Positions 1 through 13,339 of a DNA stretch of 64,000 nt are shown one piece after another. Under the pieces are notes generated by a model, which ran no database searches, was not told the DNA's origin, and saw only the letters and a program-made list of their open reading frames with translations. Each line of letters starts with the position of its first letter. The stretch's first letter is position 1. Source of the stretch: the human T2T-CHM13v2.0 reference genome, Homo sapiens; NCBI RefSeq assembly GCF_009914755.1, contig NC_060947.1. One strand, 5' to 3'. The position numbers were made by a program, and so were the translations under genes.

Positions 1-2100
1 GCATCTCTGCTAATTCTTGTGTCTGTCCTTGTCCGAAAGCAGTCATGACTGCAGCTGCCCCAGGGTGCTTTCATCTTTCAAGTCCTGATCTCTCGTACCC
101 CTTACCACCCTCCTGTCACCCAAATCGCCTTTCCCTGCTCAGATCCCTGATCTCTGGCTTTCCCGTCTGCTGCCAGTTGCTCCCAGCAAGCTCTTGGTAC
201 CGGATGGATGGGCCTTCATAATAACCCTGGCAGGCAGCTGTGGGCCAGGGCCTCCCCTTTGAGGTGGTGTGTCTTTGATTTCTAGACAGATTAGCAGCAC
301 ACAGAAGCAAAGCCCATGTAAAAACCTGGAGTAAAAGGACCAGCTCTCCACATGACACATGCCTGTAGTACACCGTGACTGGCAGGTAAGGGGAAAATCT
401 ATTTGCAGAGCCCAGCAAGCTAGACGCTCGTTCTGAAGAGCCTGCGAGACCTAAAAATACCACAAAGGGTGGGAGGGAGAGAAAGGAAACTTTAGCATGG
501 AATATTTTCAAAAAATTAAAAATAGAACGGCCTTTGGTAAATGAGAGTCACCAGTTGCTGTTCTGGTCACCACCTATGGGGCTTTCAGGATTCCTAGCAG
601 ACAGCCAGTAGCTGGCGTGGCAGGAACAGTGACATTATTTTGAGAAACAGACTCAAGCCACCAATAGATAGATGGTAGAGGCAAGTGTGGAGAGATGAAA
701 TTGCCACGTGGTGGGCTGAATTGATTGGGATTGACAATAAACTGGCCTGGGAATTAATGAGATCCAATAGATGTGGGGTTCTTCTCTGATTTGATGAACC
801 ACTTTGTCAGGCTTGCTTAACCTTGGTCTCAAATCAGTGAGATTGTGTAGTTTGCAACAGGACCCTGATTCTTCTCCTTTTTTTATTAGGATGCTGAAGT
901 GCTGCCCCAAATCTCTTGTACAGCCTCCTCCTCCCTCTCCCTTCCTCCTCCCCCTACAGCCTTTTCATTCATTCTGAGCTCTGGCAGGTGTTTGGTTTGG
1001 TTTCATTCTTACTGCCTTTCTTAGAAAATGCCTGGATTAGTGAAATAAACAAATGTCTTCCATATGGATGAGTGGTCCCAATCAAGGGCCTCATATATAA
1101 ATAGATTGGGCCCAGCACTAGCAAGATCTTGGGATGAGGGAAGCTGTGATATGTTAGCAGTCTAGAAGGTTTACCTTGTATCTCTATCCAGGCCTGGAAG
1201 AAAAATGGTACCTGAAAAAGGATCAGGCTTATGCAGAGGAGGAAACTGGATTTCTGCTCTCTAAGGGGTTCAACAATTCAACTCATCAGTGTAGGCACAG
1301 TTGGGAAGGGTTTAGAACAGGGGCACGTGTTCTCAAAAAGGCAATTCCCAAGGGAACCCAAGGTACAAATGTAGACTGCAGGCTCTGGAGGCAATCTGAT
1401 TTATTTTCCAGTTCCCCTATAACAGATGAAGCAGAGAAGACCCTCAATAAATGTTTGTCAAATGAATAAATGGATGGTGGACTAGGTTGGCATTCACGCC
1501 AAACGAGGGGACTTACCCTCAAGGCTGGGGATTTTTCAGTGAGGAGTACAGCAAACTGTCTTAGGGTTCTCCAAGGACTGGCTGGTTGTCACCTGAACTG
1601 TGCCCAGATTACACATTCCCAGCTGTCAAGTTACCAACTGGCCAGGGGTCAGGGCCACCTCCATCCAAAGAGACAGTTGGCAGGACCATTGTGTCAGTAA
1701 TGTCACATACCTGAGCATGACCTTAAGCTGCCCTCACAGTCCGACCCTGTCCTGTTCAGCTCGTGAGCAAGATCAGGCCTGTGCATGGTTGAAAATTCCT
1801 CCTCCTATAGACAAACTAGGTTGATAAATATTATATGTTGCTGAATTTCCATGGCACTCTCTGAGGATTTCAGGCACTCCATATCATGGATAGTCTTGAT
1901 GTAAAATGTTGTATCATATAAGATGCACCAAAAACTCCTAAGGGTATATGGAGGTACTTAGATAAACAGACAACCTGGGCAAAAAAAATAACTCCAACTG
2001 AGTTGACTTTGGAGATAGAAGACTTGGGAGGAATTTCTAGCGTTTTTAGAACAGCTTTGTTGTTGGGAATTCAGAAACATAGTATCTTGGGTATAGGTTT

Positions 2101-2404
<304 letters not shown>

Positions 2405-2664
2405 GGGTATAGGCTTTAACATGTACACTAAAGATTACAAGGTATCTAATTTAATATATTCAGTATATAAGGCTCAGAGAAGTTAAGTGACTCTTCATGG
2501 CTCATCACCAGTTTAAAGCCTCACAATGTTAAAATCAGCTACCTGGGCTTAAAATGGAAGACAATTTCATCAGTCTTTCCATGGTACCATTTTGCAGTTC
2601 CTTTTCATGGCAGTTCCTTTTTCATCCATGATTTCAAAAGCATGGACGGTTAAGAACATTAGGG

Positions 2665-2890
2665 AAGAGAACATTACTGAGTGTATTTTGTGTGCCTTAC
2701 ATGTGCTAGGTACTTCATACACATGAGCATGTATCATTCTAAAAATACTCCTAAAAATACTCCTTTTAAGTCGGTAGTAAAAGCTAGATTTAGCAGTTAA
2801 GGAAACCAAGGTTGAAAGAAGTGGCTAGACTAGCACACCAATTTTAGGCATGTTAATTTGACTACAAAAGCCATGCTTGATTTACATTAC
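2665..2890 (-). mobile_element. MIR SINE fragment
   Basis: Degenerate MIR antisense motifs (tgtgctaggtact, ggaaaccaagg). Boundaries approximate. Confidence 0.5.
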
Positions 2891-4089
2891 CACACACACA
2901 CCAGACTGCCAACCAGATTAGCCCAGAGGGCTCAGTAAGTTCAGATCTTACTCTTGTCAACTGCTAGAATATAAGGGCACTGAGTTAAGAGAAGGGAGAT
3001 ATCAACGCAGCCTTAACACATAATAGAAGCCTGCACATTCATTCTTTGATAATCAGTGAAGCCATAGCAAAATTAAAATTAGGAAAGTTGCTAGTAAAGA
3101 ATCACAATGTATAAAACCCAAGACGTGAAACAGTGTTTCCTCTCCCTAAGTCCTTAGCTGCTGCTTTGGACTTTAAGCTCACCTATCAGGTGAGGACAGC
3201 TTTTTCCAGTATTGAAAGAGCTCCTATAATGTTTGTGGAATGATTGAATGAAAAAACAAACTTATATTCAGAAGTCCCAGGCTGCAAAACAAGGACCAAT
3301 AGTTAGAAATTAAAAGAAGGCAGCTTTAAGCTAAAAGGAAAGAAGGAGTTTCTAACAAGTGGATTTGGGTGACTGTGGTAGCTTCAGGATGAGCTAAGTT
3401 CTTTTTCTCAGACATGCTTAAACAGAGATTTGGAACTACTTTGCTAGTTGGCATTGAATAAATGTTGGGTTGGATGATCTCCAGGGGTCTGAAAGCATCT
3501 GAGAGTCCATATTTTGTGGCACCAACAGTAAGACAATCAATAGTTGACTGGACTCTTTGACTTTTCTAACCTGTCATTGTGCAACCCCTCTGGTTAGTTT
3601 GCTCATCATTTCCATCAATACTAATGGAAGCTGCAGTGAGCCCGAATCCATCTTCAGCTGGAAACAGATTTAGCTCTTACCTGAGCCAATTCTGGTCTAC
3701 TACTCAATGCCAAAGAAAGATTTTGCGGGGTGAGACAAAAGGCAAATGAGTATGTATGGTTCTACTTGAGGCACGGACAATTTAAAGAGAAGAGCGGGTG
3801 GAAGCCACAAGGAGGCAGGACTGTCTGAGTCCTCTGGAGGTAGTGACTTGTGCCTGAGAAAGTGGCTCAGCTCAGGTAAACTATGGATGGAGCTATGAAA
3901 GGACACCGATGTTATTCAGAAGGTCAGGCCATTACCTCTTTTTAAGATGCCTTACAATCAAAGACTCTGGTTTTTAATGAGGAGCCATTTAGGAACAGGA
4001 GACCTGTTCCCTGCCACTTTTTTTAGGTTAGGGACTTTCTTCCAAGTAATGCATCTATTAAAGTGAAACATCTAATAGATGCAAGTAAC

Positions 4090-4655
4090 ACATCTATTAA
4101 AGTGAAACATATGCCAATCCTATGACCAGCAATCCACTTCTTGGTGTGTACCCAATAGAAATGGGAGTTTTATATCCTCCAAAGGCATGTTTAAGAATAT
4201 TCATGGTAGTTTTATTTATAGTAGCTCCAAACTGGAAACAACCTATTATGTCAATCAACAGTAGAATGTTAACTGAATTGTCGTGTAGTCATACCACGTG
4301 GTGATGGAAAAGTAGTGACTACTAATAAATAAAATAAAATTGATGTGTCTTATAGACGTAGTATTGAGTAAAAGAATTAGATGTCAAAAAATATATACTG
4401 TACGATTCCATTTATATGCAGTCCCCAAATTGGCAAAATATTCTATGGTGAGAGAAGTGTGAACAGTAGTTTTCTTTTGAGGAGGGACTATTGACTGAGA
4501 TGGGGCATGAAGATAATTTTGGTATTACTAGAAATGTTCCATATCTTGATCTGATGGTGAATAAATATAAAAATTTATGAAACTGTGATTTCTTTTTCAT
4601 TTTAGTATATGTAAGTTATATTTTGATTTTAAAAAGCTAAAAAAATTAAAAAGAA
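4090..4655 (+). mobile_element. Old L1 (L1M-type) 3' fragment
   Basis: cagcaatccacttcttggtgtgtaccca, ccaaactggaaacaacc, tactgtacgattccatttatatg, ending in an A-rich tail. Confidence 0.85.
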
Positions 4656-4869
4656 ATAGTAGTTACTTTCCCGTAAAGTCTGGGTTATAGTCTAGATTCT
4701 GCCAGGATTCTATGTTAAGGGAAAATATTCTATCGTATTGCTTTGATAAACTGGTCCATCTACAAAAGAAATTATTGGACTGGGACTAGTAAAACCACTA
4801 ATTACAGAAGATACTCAATAAAACATATTATTACAGAGATTTCAAAATGTCCTGAATCAAATTTTGGCT

Positions 4870-5125
4870 CCCAGACCTAGGTTCTACTTCCAGCTCTACC
4901 ACTAATTAGTTGTGCATACTTGATGACTTCATTTTTTTTAGGGGGGGCTTCAATTTTCTCATGAATAAAATGGCAAGCTGTTCATTCTTTCATTCATTCA
5001 ATCAACAAATATTTATTGAGTGCCTGCTATGTGCAAGGCATTGAGCTAGATGTGTGTGGGAAACAAATAAATCAAACAGCTTTTTACAGAGTTGAGAGGT
5101 TTGACTGAGATAATACATGTAAAAT
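4870..5125. mobile_element. MIR (+) interrupted by an L2 3' end (-, ~4981-5070)
   Basis: MIR core cagctctaccactaattagttgtg...ttttctcatgaataaaatgg. L2 terminus ttcattcattcaatcaacaaatatttattgagtgcc. MIR resumes at gagataatacatgtaaa. Confidence 0.75.
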
Positions 5126-5646
5126 CTCATCATAACAGGAAAGGCTGCAGTATTGCAAGAATTTGTTATTAGGACATGACAATTACAGTCAATGCCTTAT
5201 TTAGTGCAACAAGGTAATTCTTTACCCCAGAAAATTAATACTTTTGCTAAAATATTATTCTCAGTATTCTGTGTATATAAAAATTTGCATCTAGTTGGAA
5301 AATTTACTCTGTACTGAGATTTTCAATTTTAAAAGCCCCTTTAGATGTTAATGTGTTATGAATTGAGAAAGATTTAACATATAGTGTGTTGGATATAATA
5401 CAGTTGTCCAACATTTGGAAACCAAATGTATTTTGTGCCTGGTTACTTTTCCATGTGCTAGAAAACTACAAAATGAGTAAAAAAAGTCATAACTGCAAAA
5501 AGTAAGTACAGTATGATACCATTTTAAAAGGGTTTTAAAACGTGAAAAAAGAATACTATTATTGTTTCTGGATGTATGCAAGCACATCAGTGATAAAAGC
5601 ATCAAACCATGCCTGCCTATAAGCAGTATAAAATTCTAGGAGAGCA

Positions 5647-6064
5647 TGTCTTAGGTTGGGTATCCCCATAGCCAATCCTGAGAACAGGACTTGAATGCTC
5701 AGTGTTTATCAGAGGGTGATCCCAGGGAGCAGGGAGATGGCGACAAAGAAGGGAAAAAGCCAAGAAAGAGTGTGTTGTTGACTTTACTGCTGTGCGCAAA
5801 AGGGCTGGACTCCAATGGGACTTCTGAGATTTGTCTGTTCTAAGAGCTTTTATATATGCACTGGCTCTGTCCCAATTGGTTGATGTTTCTCCTTGGGTTG
5901 TTAATTCCTCCATACTTCCTTGATGTGCCTATGAGGATCAAGTGTGTTCTTGAGGGTTTTGAGGAAAAGTCTTTTCATAAAGAATTGGAGACTTCAGGTG
6001 GGCCCTGGAAGCGGGATACTGCCAATGTGGTTGAACCCAGAGATGGGCTGAGGACATGTGACAC
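5647..6064 (-). mobile_element. ERVL-type solo LTR (LTR16/LTR33 group)
   Basis: Begins tgtcttaggttgggtatcccc...cctgagaacaggacttgaatgc...gtgatcccaggga, the reverse complement of the group's 3' terminus. Appears to split an old L1M fragment (~5420-5630, ~6090-6310). Confidence 0.7.
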
Positions 6065-7963
6065 AGAGCACCAGTCATATCTATTCCAAGTTCTTATCCC
6101 TAGGAAAAGAGGAAAGGAATGGGATGAGGAAGGAATATACAGGGAGCTTCCACTGGGCTTCTAGTGTGTTGATATCTTAAGAACATGTGTGAAGAAAATA
6201 TGGCAAAATGTGAATCTTCAACAAAGCTAGATGGTAGGTGTATGAGTGCTCATTATATTATTCCTGAAACTTTTCTGTATTCTTGAACTATTTCAAATTT
6301 AAAAAAAAATTAGGTTGCATCAGCATTAATTTGTTTCAGGGGAGCTCTGATTGAATAATTATGCAGAGCAGTTATGTGTCAAATAGTAATATAATTTGCC
6401 ACTAGTTCTTAAATTAAGTTAATGTACCTAAGTATAATTTCGATGGAATTTGACTAACAAAATATTGAGTTTTATCCCAAATGTCATGGTTTAATTTTTA
6501 TTCTAGTTGAGAGATCTCACTTGATAAACTTTTGATTATATTTCCAGTTGTCTTATCGGAGCACTTTGTAAACGGGGTGATTTATCCATTTTCTGGTTGG
6601 GAAAACTGTAACTCAGAAGAATTTAGTAATTCATTTGAGATCACTCAACAGTAGAAAGGTAAGAGAACAATGCAGGAGCTCTGCCCTTTTGTTTTAACCT
6701 GTGATCTTCTCCCTGTTTTACCCAAATCTTCACAAAATGATTAGCAGAACAACCTAAGGTATAATCTGGAGGACACTTGCTTGTGATTGGGTCTACATAG
6801 GGGAGTGAGGTAGGGGACCATGGGATTTATAATCTTCACACTCAAGTGCTTTATAATCTTATGAAAATATAAATAAACATATCAGCCATATCAGCCCATC
6901 CGTCCCTCCCAAGTGTGAGGAAACGGTCACAGTGGGTTTTGCCTACAGAATATCAGCAGCAACAGCTGCCACTACACAACTATTTACTGAGCGGCCACTG
7001 TGGGAAGGTACTGTGTTAGCATTGCTCATTTCCAGACCATCCCAAGGTTACTGAGTTCCTCTTAACCTTTCCTTAGATGTGTGTGCATTGTGTTTTGTCC
7101 CCTGAGGTCGCCAACTCCTTGTCCAAGGGCAATTTGTTTGTAGCAGGAGGTGTTTTGAGGAGCAAGCAAACTCAAACCTGATGACCACATAACAACCACA
7201 AAAACCAACACAGCCACTTGAGGAAACCCCCCTTTGTAAGGACATTTTGAGATTTCATGACTTCACTCAGGTCAAACATTTCAAGTGGTTGAACTTGGAA
7301 CTTGGACTCAGAACCTTGTTTTCCGGAAGGAACTTGATTGGCTGTTTAAATGGTCAATGGGTAAATATTGCAGAATAACAGCTGCAGCTCTCTGGGCTTT
7401 TGACACTTATGACTGATGGAAAATGCCATTTGTACCCCTTGATTTACATGTAAAAAGCCCCGTGCAAAATGACAGCCAAAGGATTTGTTTTGCTTTCTGC
7501 CTCTTCTAGCTGAATGGCATTTGAATCGAGGAGTTCCTGTGGCATAAAGGAAAGTGGCCTGTTCTCCTCTATACACTTTCCAGACCCATCACTGCACCCA
7601 TGAAGGATTAAATATTTCCTTCCATCTTGGCCCCCTGAGAGCTGCATCCTAATTCCTCAAACTGCTCTCCAACAATTGGCAACCTCAGCTTCCTATTTGT
7701 TCTTTGAGTTGTCAAAGCAGGCAGTATCAGAACTGGGGAGCTCAGAGTTTCTACAGGAAAACTAGGCTCAGTGACAGCAGTTAGTTCCTCAGTGGCTCCA
7801 ATGGGAACCCAGTTGGAGGAAGCTGGGTATCTTAGATGTCTGTGTGTCTTGACTACTTACCATTGCTTTGGTTTTTTTCTTACTTCTCTGGCCACGCCTT
7901 CTGCCATTTTGGTGTTCCTCAGTGTTCTCTGGCAGAAATTCTTAACCAGGAATCTATGAGCTC

Positions 7964-8470
7964 TGTGGCAGATGTTGGTGGTGCCATATTCATGTCTCCT
8001 GGGCTCTCACCTTTAGGGACAATCTGATGGCTTCTTACTGCAAATACCTGTACCTGTCTGCCTGAGAGTGTTCTCTGGCTACTGGGCCATGTTGTTCTTG
8101 GGCCTGCAGGGATAAGGGCTGGGTAGGGACTGTGTCCTAGGTGAACAAAAGGGCCAGAGAATTAATGCCCCCAGAGGTGCCCTTCAACCAATGAGGGATG
8201 GGAAACTGTAGACAAATGCCTCAGTTTTCTTGTACCTAGGTGAGATTCTTCTAGGGCGTGTTCCACAGGTTTCTCAGAGGGGCCCCAGAAGAATTGAGCC
8301 CCAGTTACCCACCTGTTCATTGATGCATCTTTATTGGCTTTTCTCTTTTCTTTGTCATTTGCTCATTTCTGTACCCCGTCTCCATGTTTTCTGAGATCAC
8401 GTCCCAAACAAATTTCTCACATTCAAATCTTTGTCCTAGAGTCAGCTTTTGGAGGAACCAAAACTAAGGC
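7964..8470 (+). mobile_element. ERVL-type solo LTR (LTR16/LTR33 group)
   Basis: TG start. 3' end gagatcacgtcccaaacaaa...tcaaatctttgtcctagagtcagcttttggaggaaccaaaactaag. Confidence 0.7.
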
Positions 8471-8678
8471 CTCTGAAATGCCATGCAAAGTTATGTTTAA
8501 ACTTGTGAATATGGAGAACCTTCATCAGCTTTTCAAAAGGGTCTGTGACCCCCAAAGGGGCCAAGATCCAGTACCTAACTCCTTCTTCCCAGGTTTTCTC
8601 ATCCACTCCTGAGATTCAGACACAAGGAGCATGGATTACCCACTGGAAGTCTCACAAGCATCTCACATTCCAGTCTGT

Positions 8679-9105
8679 TGTGGCTACTGTGCTGTGCCAA
8701 CCAGAATCCCTGCTATGATGGAAGGCCCCCCTTCATCAGCTACTGAGAAGGTTGTCAGCTTATGGCTCAGCTATTAGCCTTTTCCACGAATGGCCATCAG
8801 CTGAAGGGAACCATATCACCCAAGGTTGGTGCATCCAATGGCTTGTTGATGTGAGTGGGTGGAGGCCTGGCTCCCTTGCCTTGACTCAAGATAACTCTTC
8901 AGGGCTCTCCTGGCTCCAGAGCTCCCTGTGAGTCTGGCTGAGGCCTTCTTGTGACTTGTATCATAGGCTACCTCCTCCCCCTGTCCCATCTTGCTTCCTT
9001 CCCCTTCTCCCAATAAGGGTCAATCCTGAGAGCACTTCCCAATAAACTTCCTGCATGCCAATCTCCAAATAGGAGTCTGCTTCCCAGGGAACTGTACCTG
9101 TGACA
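8679..9105 (+). mobile_element. ERVL-type solo LTR (LTR16A-like)
   Basis: gagcacttcccaataaacttcctgcatgccaatctcc...gtctgcttcccagggaac...tgtgaca terminus with AATAAA. Confidence 0.75.
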
Positions 9106-9606
9106 GCATCTAGGAATCATTTCTGCCTTCTCTCTTTTCTTACCCACCACCCCTGTATAATGAGTCACTCAATCAATCAAAACTTGAGTCTTGTTGACTA
9201 TGATTTAGGAGGATCTCTTGAGTCCTTCCACAGTCTCCTACTCCACTCTTATAATCTCTTCAGTTATTTTCTGGATGTCTGTGACAGCCTCCTAACTGCT
9301 CCCAGACTTCTGTTTTGCTCCTCTCAAATATGTTCTTCCCATTGCAAACAGAGTGATCTTTCAAAAGAGTAAATCTGGTTGCTACCTTGTGTATGACCGT
9401 CCAAGATAAAGTTCTTGATTATGACTCAGACCTTCATAACCTCCATTCTCTATGGACCCCTTCAGTCTCATGTCTCCCCACTTCCTGCTGTGTGTGCTGG
9501 TCTCCAGCTAAACTGGCCAACGTGCTGTCTCAAATTTCCCACAGTCTGGGGCCTTGGTGCCTGCTTCTCCCTCTGCTGATGGTTTTGCTCTTCCACATTC
9601 ACCCAA

Positions 9607-9663
9607 CACAAACACACACCTACATACACACATGTATACACACACACACACATTTGCACACAC
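9607..9663. repeat. Imperfect (CA)n microsatellite
   Basis: cacaaacacacacctacatacacacatgtatacacacacacacacatttgcacacac. Confidence 0.8.
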
Positions 9664-9749
9664 TGTTGCTCCTTTTTTAGGTTTCTCAGACTCCAGTGCC
9701 CCTCCCAGTTGCCTCCACAGCTCCACTTTGGTGTTCCACAGTTGGAGCA

Positions 9750-10222
9750 TGTTTAGGTTGGGTTTCTCAGAAATAGACCCTGAAGTGAGGATTCCTGGGG
9801 AAGTCATTTACTAGGAAGTGTTTCCAGGAATAACAATAGGGGAGTAGGGAAGCAGGAGACAGAAGGGGAGGAAGCCAAGCCAGGGTGCATTATTAAGCCA
9901 GCTCCTCTAGAGGGTAGGTATTATAACTTTGTCTCACTCCCAGAGCTGAGCTCTGGAGGAAGTGAAGGCCACAGCGCAGTACTGTTCCTAACAGGGGGCA
10001 AGGGAGCTAGACTATTTACACCTGCATTAGTAGTCATTGGTTAAGAGAAGGGGAAAGGAAAGTTCCCAGATACTTCTGGTTTTCTTTGGTGCAGGCAAAG
10101 CAGGCTCTAGCAGCATGAGGGCCACCCTTTGAAAAAAAAAAACTGGGGTGATCTCTGTGGGATGAAAGCACTTTGAGGGCAGGCAAGGTCCCAGGGAGGT
10201 GTGCTCCAGGGCTCTTGCCACA
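9750..10222 (-). mobile_element. ERVL-type solo LTR (LTR16/33/41 group)
   Basis: tgtttaggttgggtttctcagaaatagaccctgaagtgaggattc...tttactaggaagtg, with TG...CA ends. Confidence 0.6.
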
Positions 10223-11019
10223 CCTGGCTGTAATGGCCTGTCAGCTGCCTGTGGCCCCCTGCCCCTCCTTGTCCTATGAGGCAGTGAGATCCTGGCTGGC
10301 AACATGAGTGTTCACCATGGTAAGCTGAGCACTGAGCAGGGGCTCAAATATGTTTGTCAGATGAATGAACGAGTAGATGAACAGATGCATCACCAAATGG
10401 GTGGCTGAATAAATCCACCTTCTAACAGCAGCCTTCAAAACAGGGATCTTCCACAATGAGAACACAAGCAGACAGGTGCAATTTTCCTACATTTGAAAAT
10501 ACTTTGTCCTTTTTGGGAGAGAAGCATGCATACATACTTGGAAAAGAGGATCCTTTTCTTTTGCAGGGACCCGTGAGGAGTCAGATTTATATGCTTAATG
10601 CGGAGCACGTGTCACATAGAAGTCTCACTTTCCCAGTTAGAGAGGTCTGGTGCCGGCAGGCAGCAGGAATGTCAGGCCTCACGATGAAAAAGCAATAGAT
10701 AGCTCTGGATGTCTTCAAGTCTGAGGGCAGCCAGGAGTCATGGTCTCTTAGCCCTAGAAATGACTGTGGGAAATAAATCCACCACCCTCATTGTTGCATT
10801 TCACACTGAGTGTGAAAGGAGTTAACTTCCTTGCCCAAAGCCACATAGACCTGCTGCAGCTCCCAGAGTGACAAATGGCAGAGCCAGATTATCAGCCAGA
10901 ACTGGAAGCTCTCACCCTTTTCCCCTTCCCCTACTCTGATCTCATCACTTACTATAGCCCATTCACCTAACCTTCCACCTTGTTGTTTGAATTCCTGCCC
11001 TTTCACAAAACAGTTTCCA

Positions 11020-13113
11020 AAATCAGCTTTACTGAGGTATGGTTGACATAAAGTAAATGTGTCAATTTTAAACATCCAGTTCTAAAAGTTTCATCAAATT
11101 TATATACCCATACGTAGTATGTGTAACCCCCAGAATCAAGATATAGAACATTTCTATTACCCTCCTAATTTTTCTTGTTCCATTTGCAGCCAACCCCACT
11201 CCAATCCCTGGCCCTAGGCAACCACTGATCTGCTTTCTGTCACTGTTGATTAGTTTTGTATGTACTCAAATGTCACATAAATGAAATCCTGCCATGTGTG
11301 CATTTTTATGTTGTCTGGTTTCCTTCATTCAGCATAAATATTTTGAGATTCATTCGTGCCATGGTGTTACCTGCCTCAGTAGTTTGTTCCTTTTTATTGC
11401 TGAGTAGAGTTTCATCGTATGGATGTACAAATGTCTGTTCATTTGTTCTCCTGTTGATAGATGTTTGGGTTGTTACTAGTTTTTTGCTATTATGAATAAA
11501 GCTGCTACGGATGTTCTTGTACAAGTCTTTGTATGGACATATATTTTTGTTTCTTGTGGGTAAATATCTAGAAGTGGAATGAATGGGTCATCTGGTGGGT
11601 GTATGTTTAACTTTATAAGAAACTACCAAACTGGTTTCTAAAGTAGCTGTGCCATTTCACAATCTCACTAGCAATGTAAGCAAGTTCTACTTGTTCCACA
11701 TCCTTGTCAGCTCTTGATATTGTCAGACTTTTCAATTATAGCCACTCTAGTGGATATGTAGGAATATCTTGATTTGCATTGCAACTAATGATGCCGAGCC
11801 ACATTTTCATTGGCTTGTCGGTCATTTGTATTTTTCTTTTAAGGAAGTGTCTGTTAAAATATTTGCCCATTTTTTTTTATGGACAAAAGACATAAACAGA
11901 CACCTCTCAAAAGAAGACATACAAGTGACCAACAAACATATAAAAAATGCTCAATATCACTAATCATCAGAGAAATGCAAATCAAAACCACAATGAGATG
12001 TCATCTCACGCCAGTCAGAATGGCTATTATTAAAAAACCAAAAAAACGACAGATGCTGGAGAGGCTGTGGAGAAGAGGGAACACTTTTACACTGTTTATG
12101 GGAATGTAAATTAGTTCAACTACTGTGGAAAGCAGTTTGGAGATTTCTCCAGGGACTTAAAACAGAAATACTGTTCAACTCAGCAATCTCACTACTGGGT
12201 ATATAGCCAAAAGAATATATACCACCTTTTGGTTCCAAAAGAATATATACCACTTTTTGGTGTCATTTCACCAAAAAGACGCATGTGCTTGCATGTTCAT
12301 TGCAACACTATTCACAATAGCAAAAACATGTAATCAACCAGGTGCCCATCAACAGTGGATTGGATAAAGAAACTGTGGTATGTATACACTATAGAATACT
12401 ATGCAGCCATAAAAAAGAACAAGATCATGTCCTTTAAAGGGGATATAGATGGAGTTGGAGGCCATTATCCTAAGTGAATTAATGCAGGGACAGAAAACCA
12501 AATACCACATGTTCTCACTTATAAGTGGGAGTTAAGCATTGAGTACTCATGGACATAAAGGTGGCAACAATAGACAGTGGGGACTACTAGAGGCGTGGAG
12601 AAAGGGAGGGGAACAAGGATTGAAAAACTACCTATTGGGTACTATGCTCAGTACCAGGGTGACAGGATCAATCGTATCCCAAACCTCAGCATCATACAAT
12701 ATACCCATGTAGTAAACTTGCACATATACTCCCTGAATCTAAAATACAAGTTAAAATTATTTAAAAAATTAAAATCAAATATAGTATCTGCCCATTTTTA
12801 ATTGATTTGTTTGTGTTATTATTGAGTTGTAAGAGTTCTATATTCTGGATACAAGTCCTTTGCCAAATATAGGTATTGTAAATATTTTCTCACCATTTGT
12901 GGCTTGCCTTTTTCATTTTCTTAAAGGTATTTTTTGAAAAGCCTAATATTTACATTTTGATATAGACCAATTTGTCTATTTTTTCTTTTATACTCCATGC
13001 CTTTTGTTATTATTACTTAGGAATCTTTGCCAACCCCAATGTCACAAATATTTTCTCACTTTTTTTCTAGAAATTTTGTAAAGTTCGCTTTTATATTGGG
13101 GTCTGTGCTCCAT
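11020..13113 (-). mobile_element. Old L1 (L1MB/MC-type) 3' region, split by a nested L1PB
   Basis: Antisense L1 3'UTR/ORF2 (cagctttactgaggtatggttgacata...; ctaggcaaccactgatctgctttctgtc). Resumes at ~12790 (tgcccatttttaattg...attctggatacaagtcc). Confidence 0.9.
11879..12780 (+). mobile_element. 5'-truncated L1PB (L1PB3/4-like) nested in the older L1
   Basis: ORF2 C-terminal remnant ([25 protein letters not shown]), L1PB-type 3'UTR (aaactacctattgggtactatgctc...ccctgaatctaaaat) and A-rich tail. Duplicated flank tgcccattttt (11864-11874, 12789-12799), just after a tt|aaaa site. Confidence 0.92.
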
Positions 13114-13339
13114 TCTTGAAGCCCTTTAGTCTCCACAAACTCAGAGAGGATTTCCGTGCTGATGCCTGAGGGACTGATTCCATAGACTGAGGGGTGCAGG
13201 GGCAACAGCTGGCCAATACGATTTGTCTCCTTTTTAGGTCCTCAGTGCACAACCTCCTGTAGCACAAGTGTCACATCCCCGGAAATTGGAACTGCAGAGT
13301 GACATTTAACACAGAGCTCCCAGAAGCTGTGGAGATCAC

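Noticed and set aside
116-511. 131-aa minus-strand ORF as a gene
   Set aside because: No recognisable domain or coding-like composition; near-cognate start; this length occurs by chance in six frames of 64 kb.
2739-2762. 12-bp tandem duplication (similar cases at ~6880-6897 and 60424-60453)
   Set aside because: Ordinary slippage micro-duplications with no further structure.
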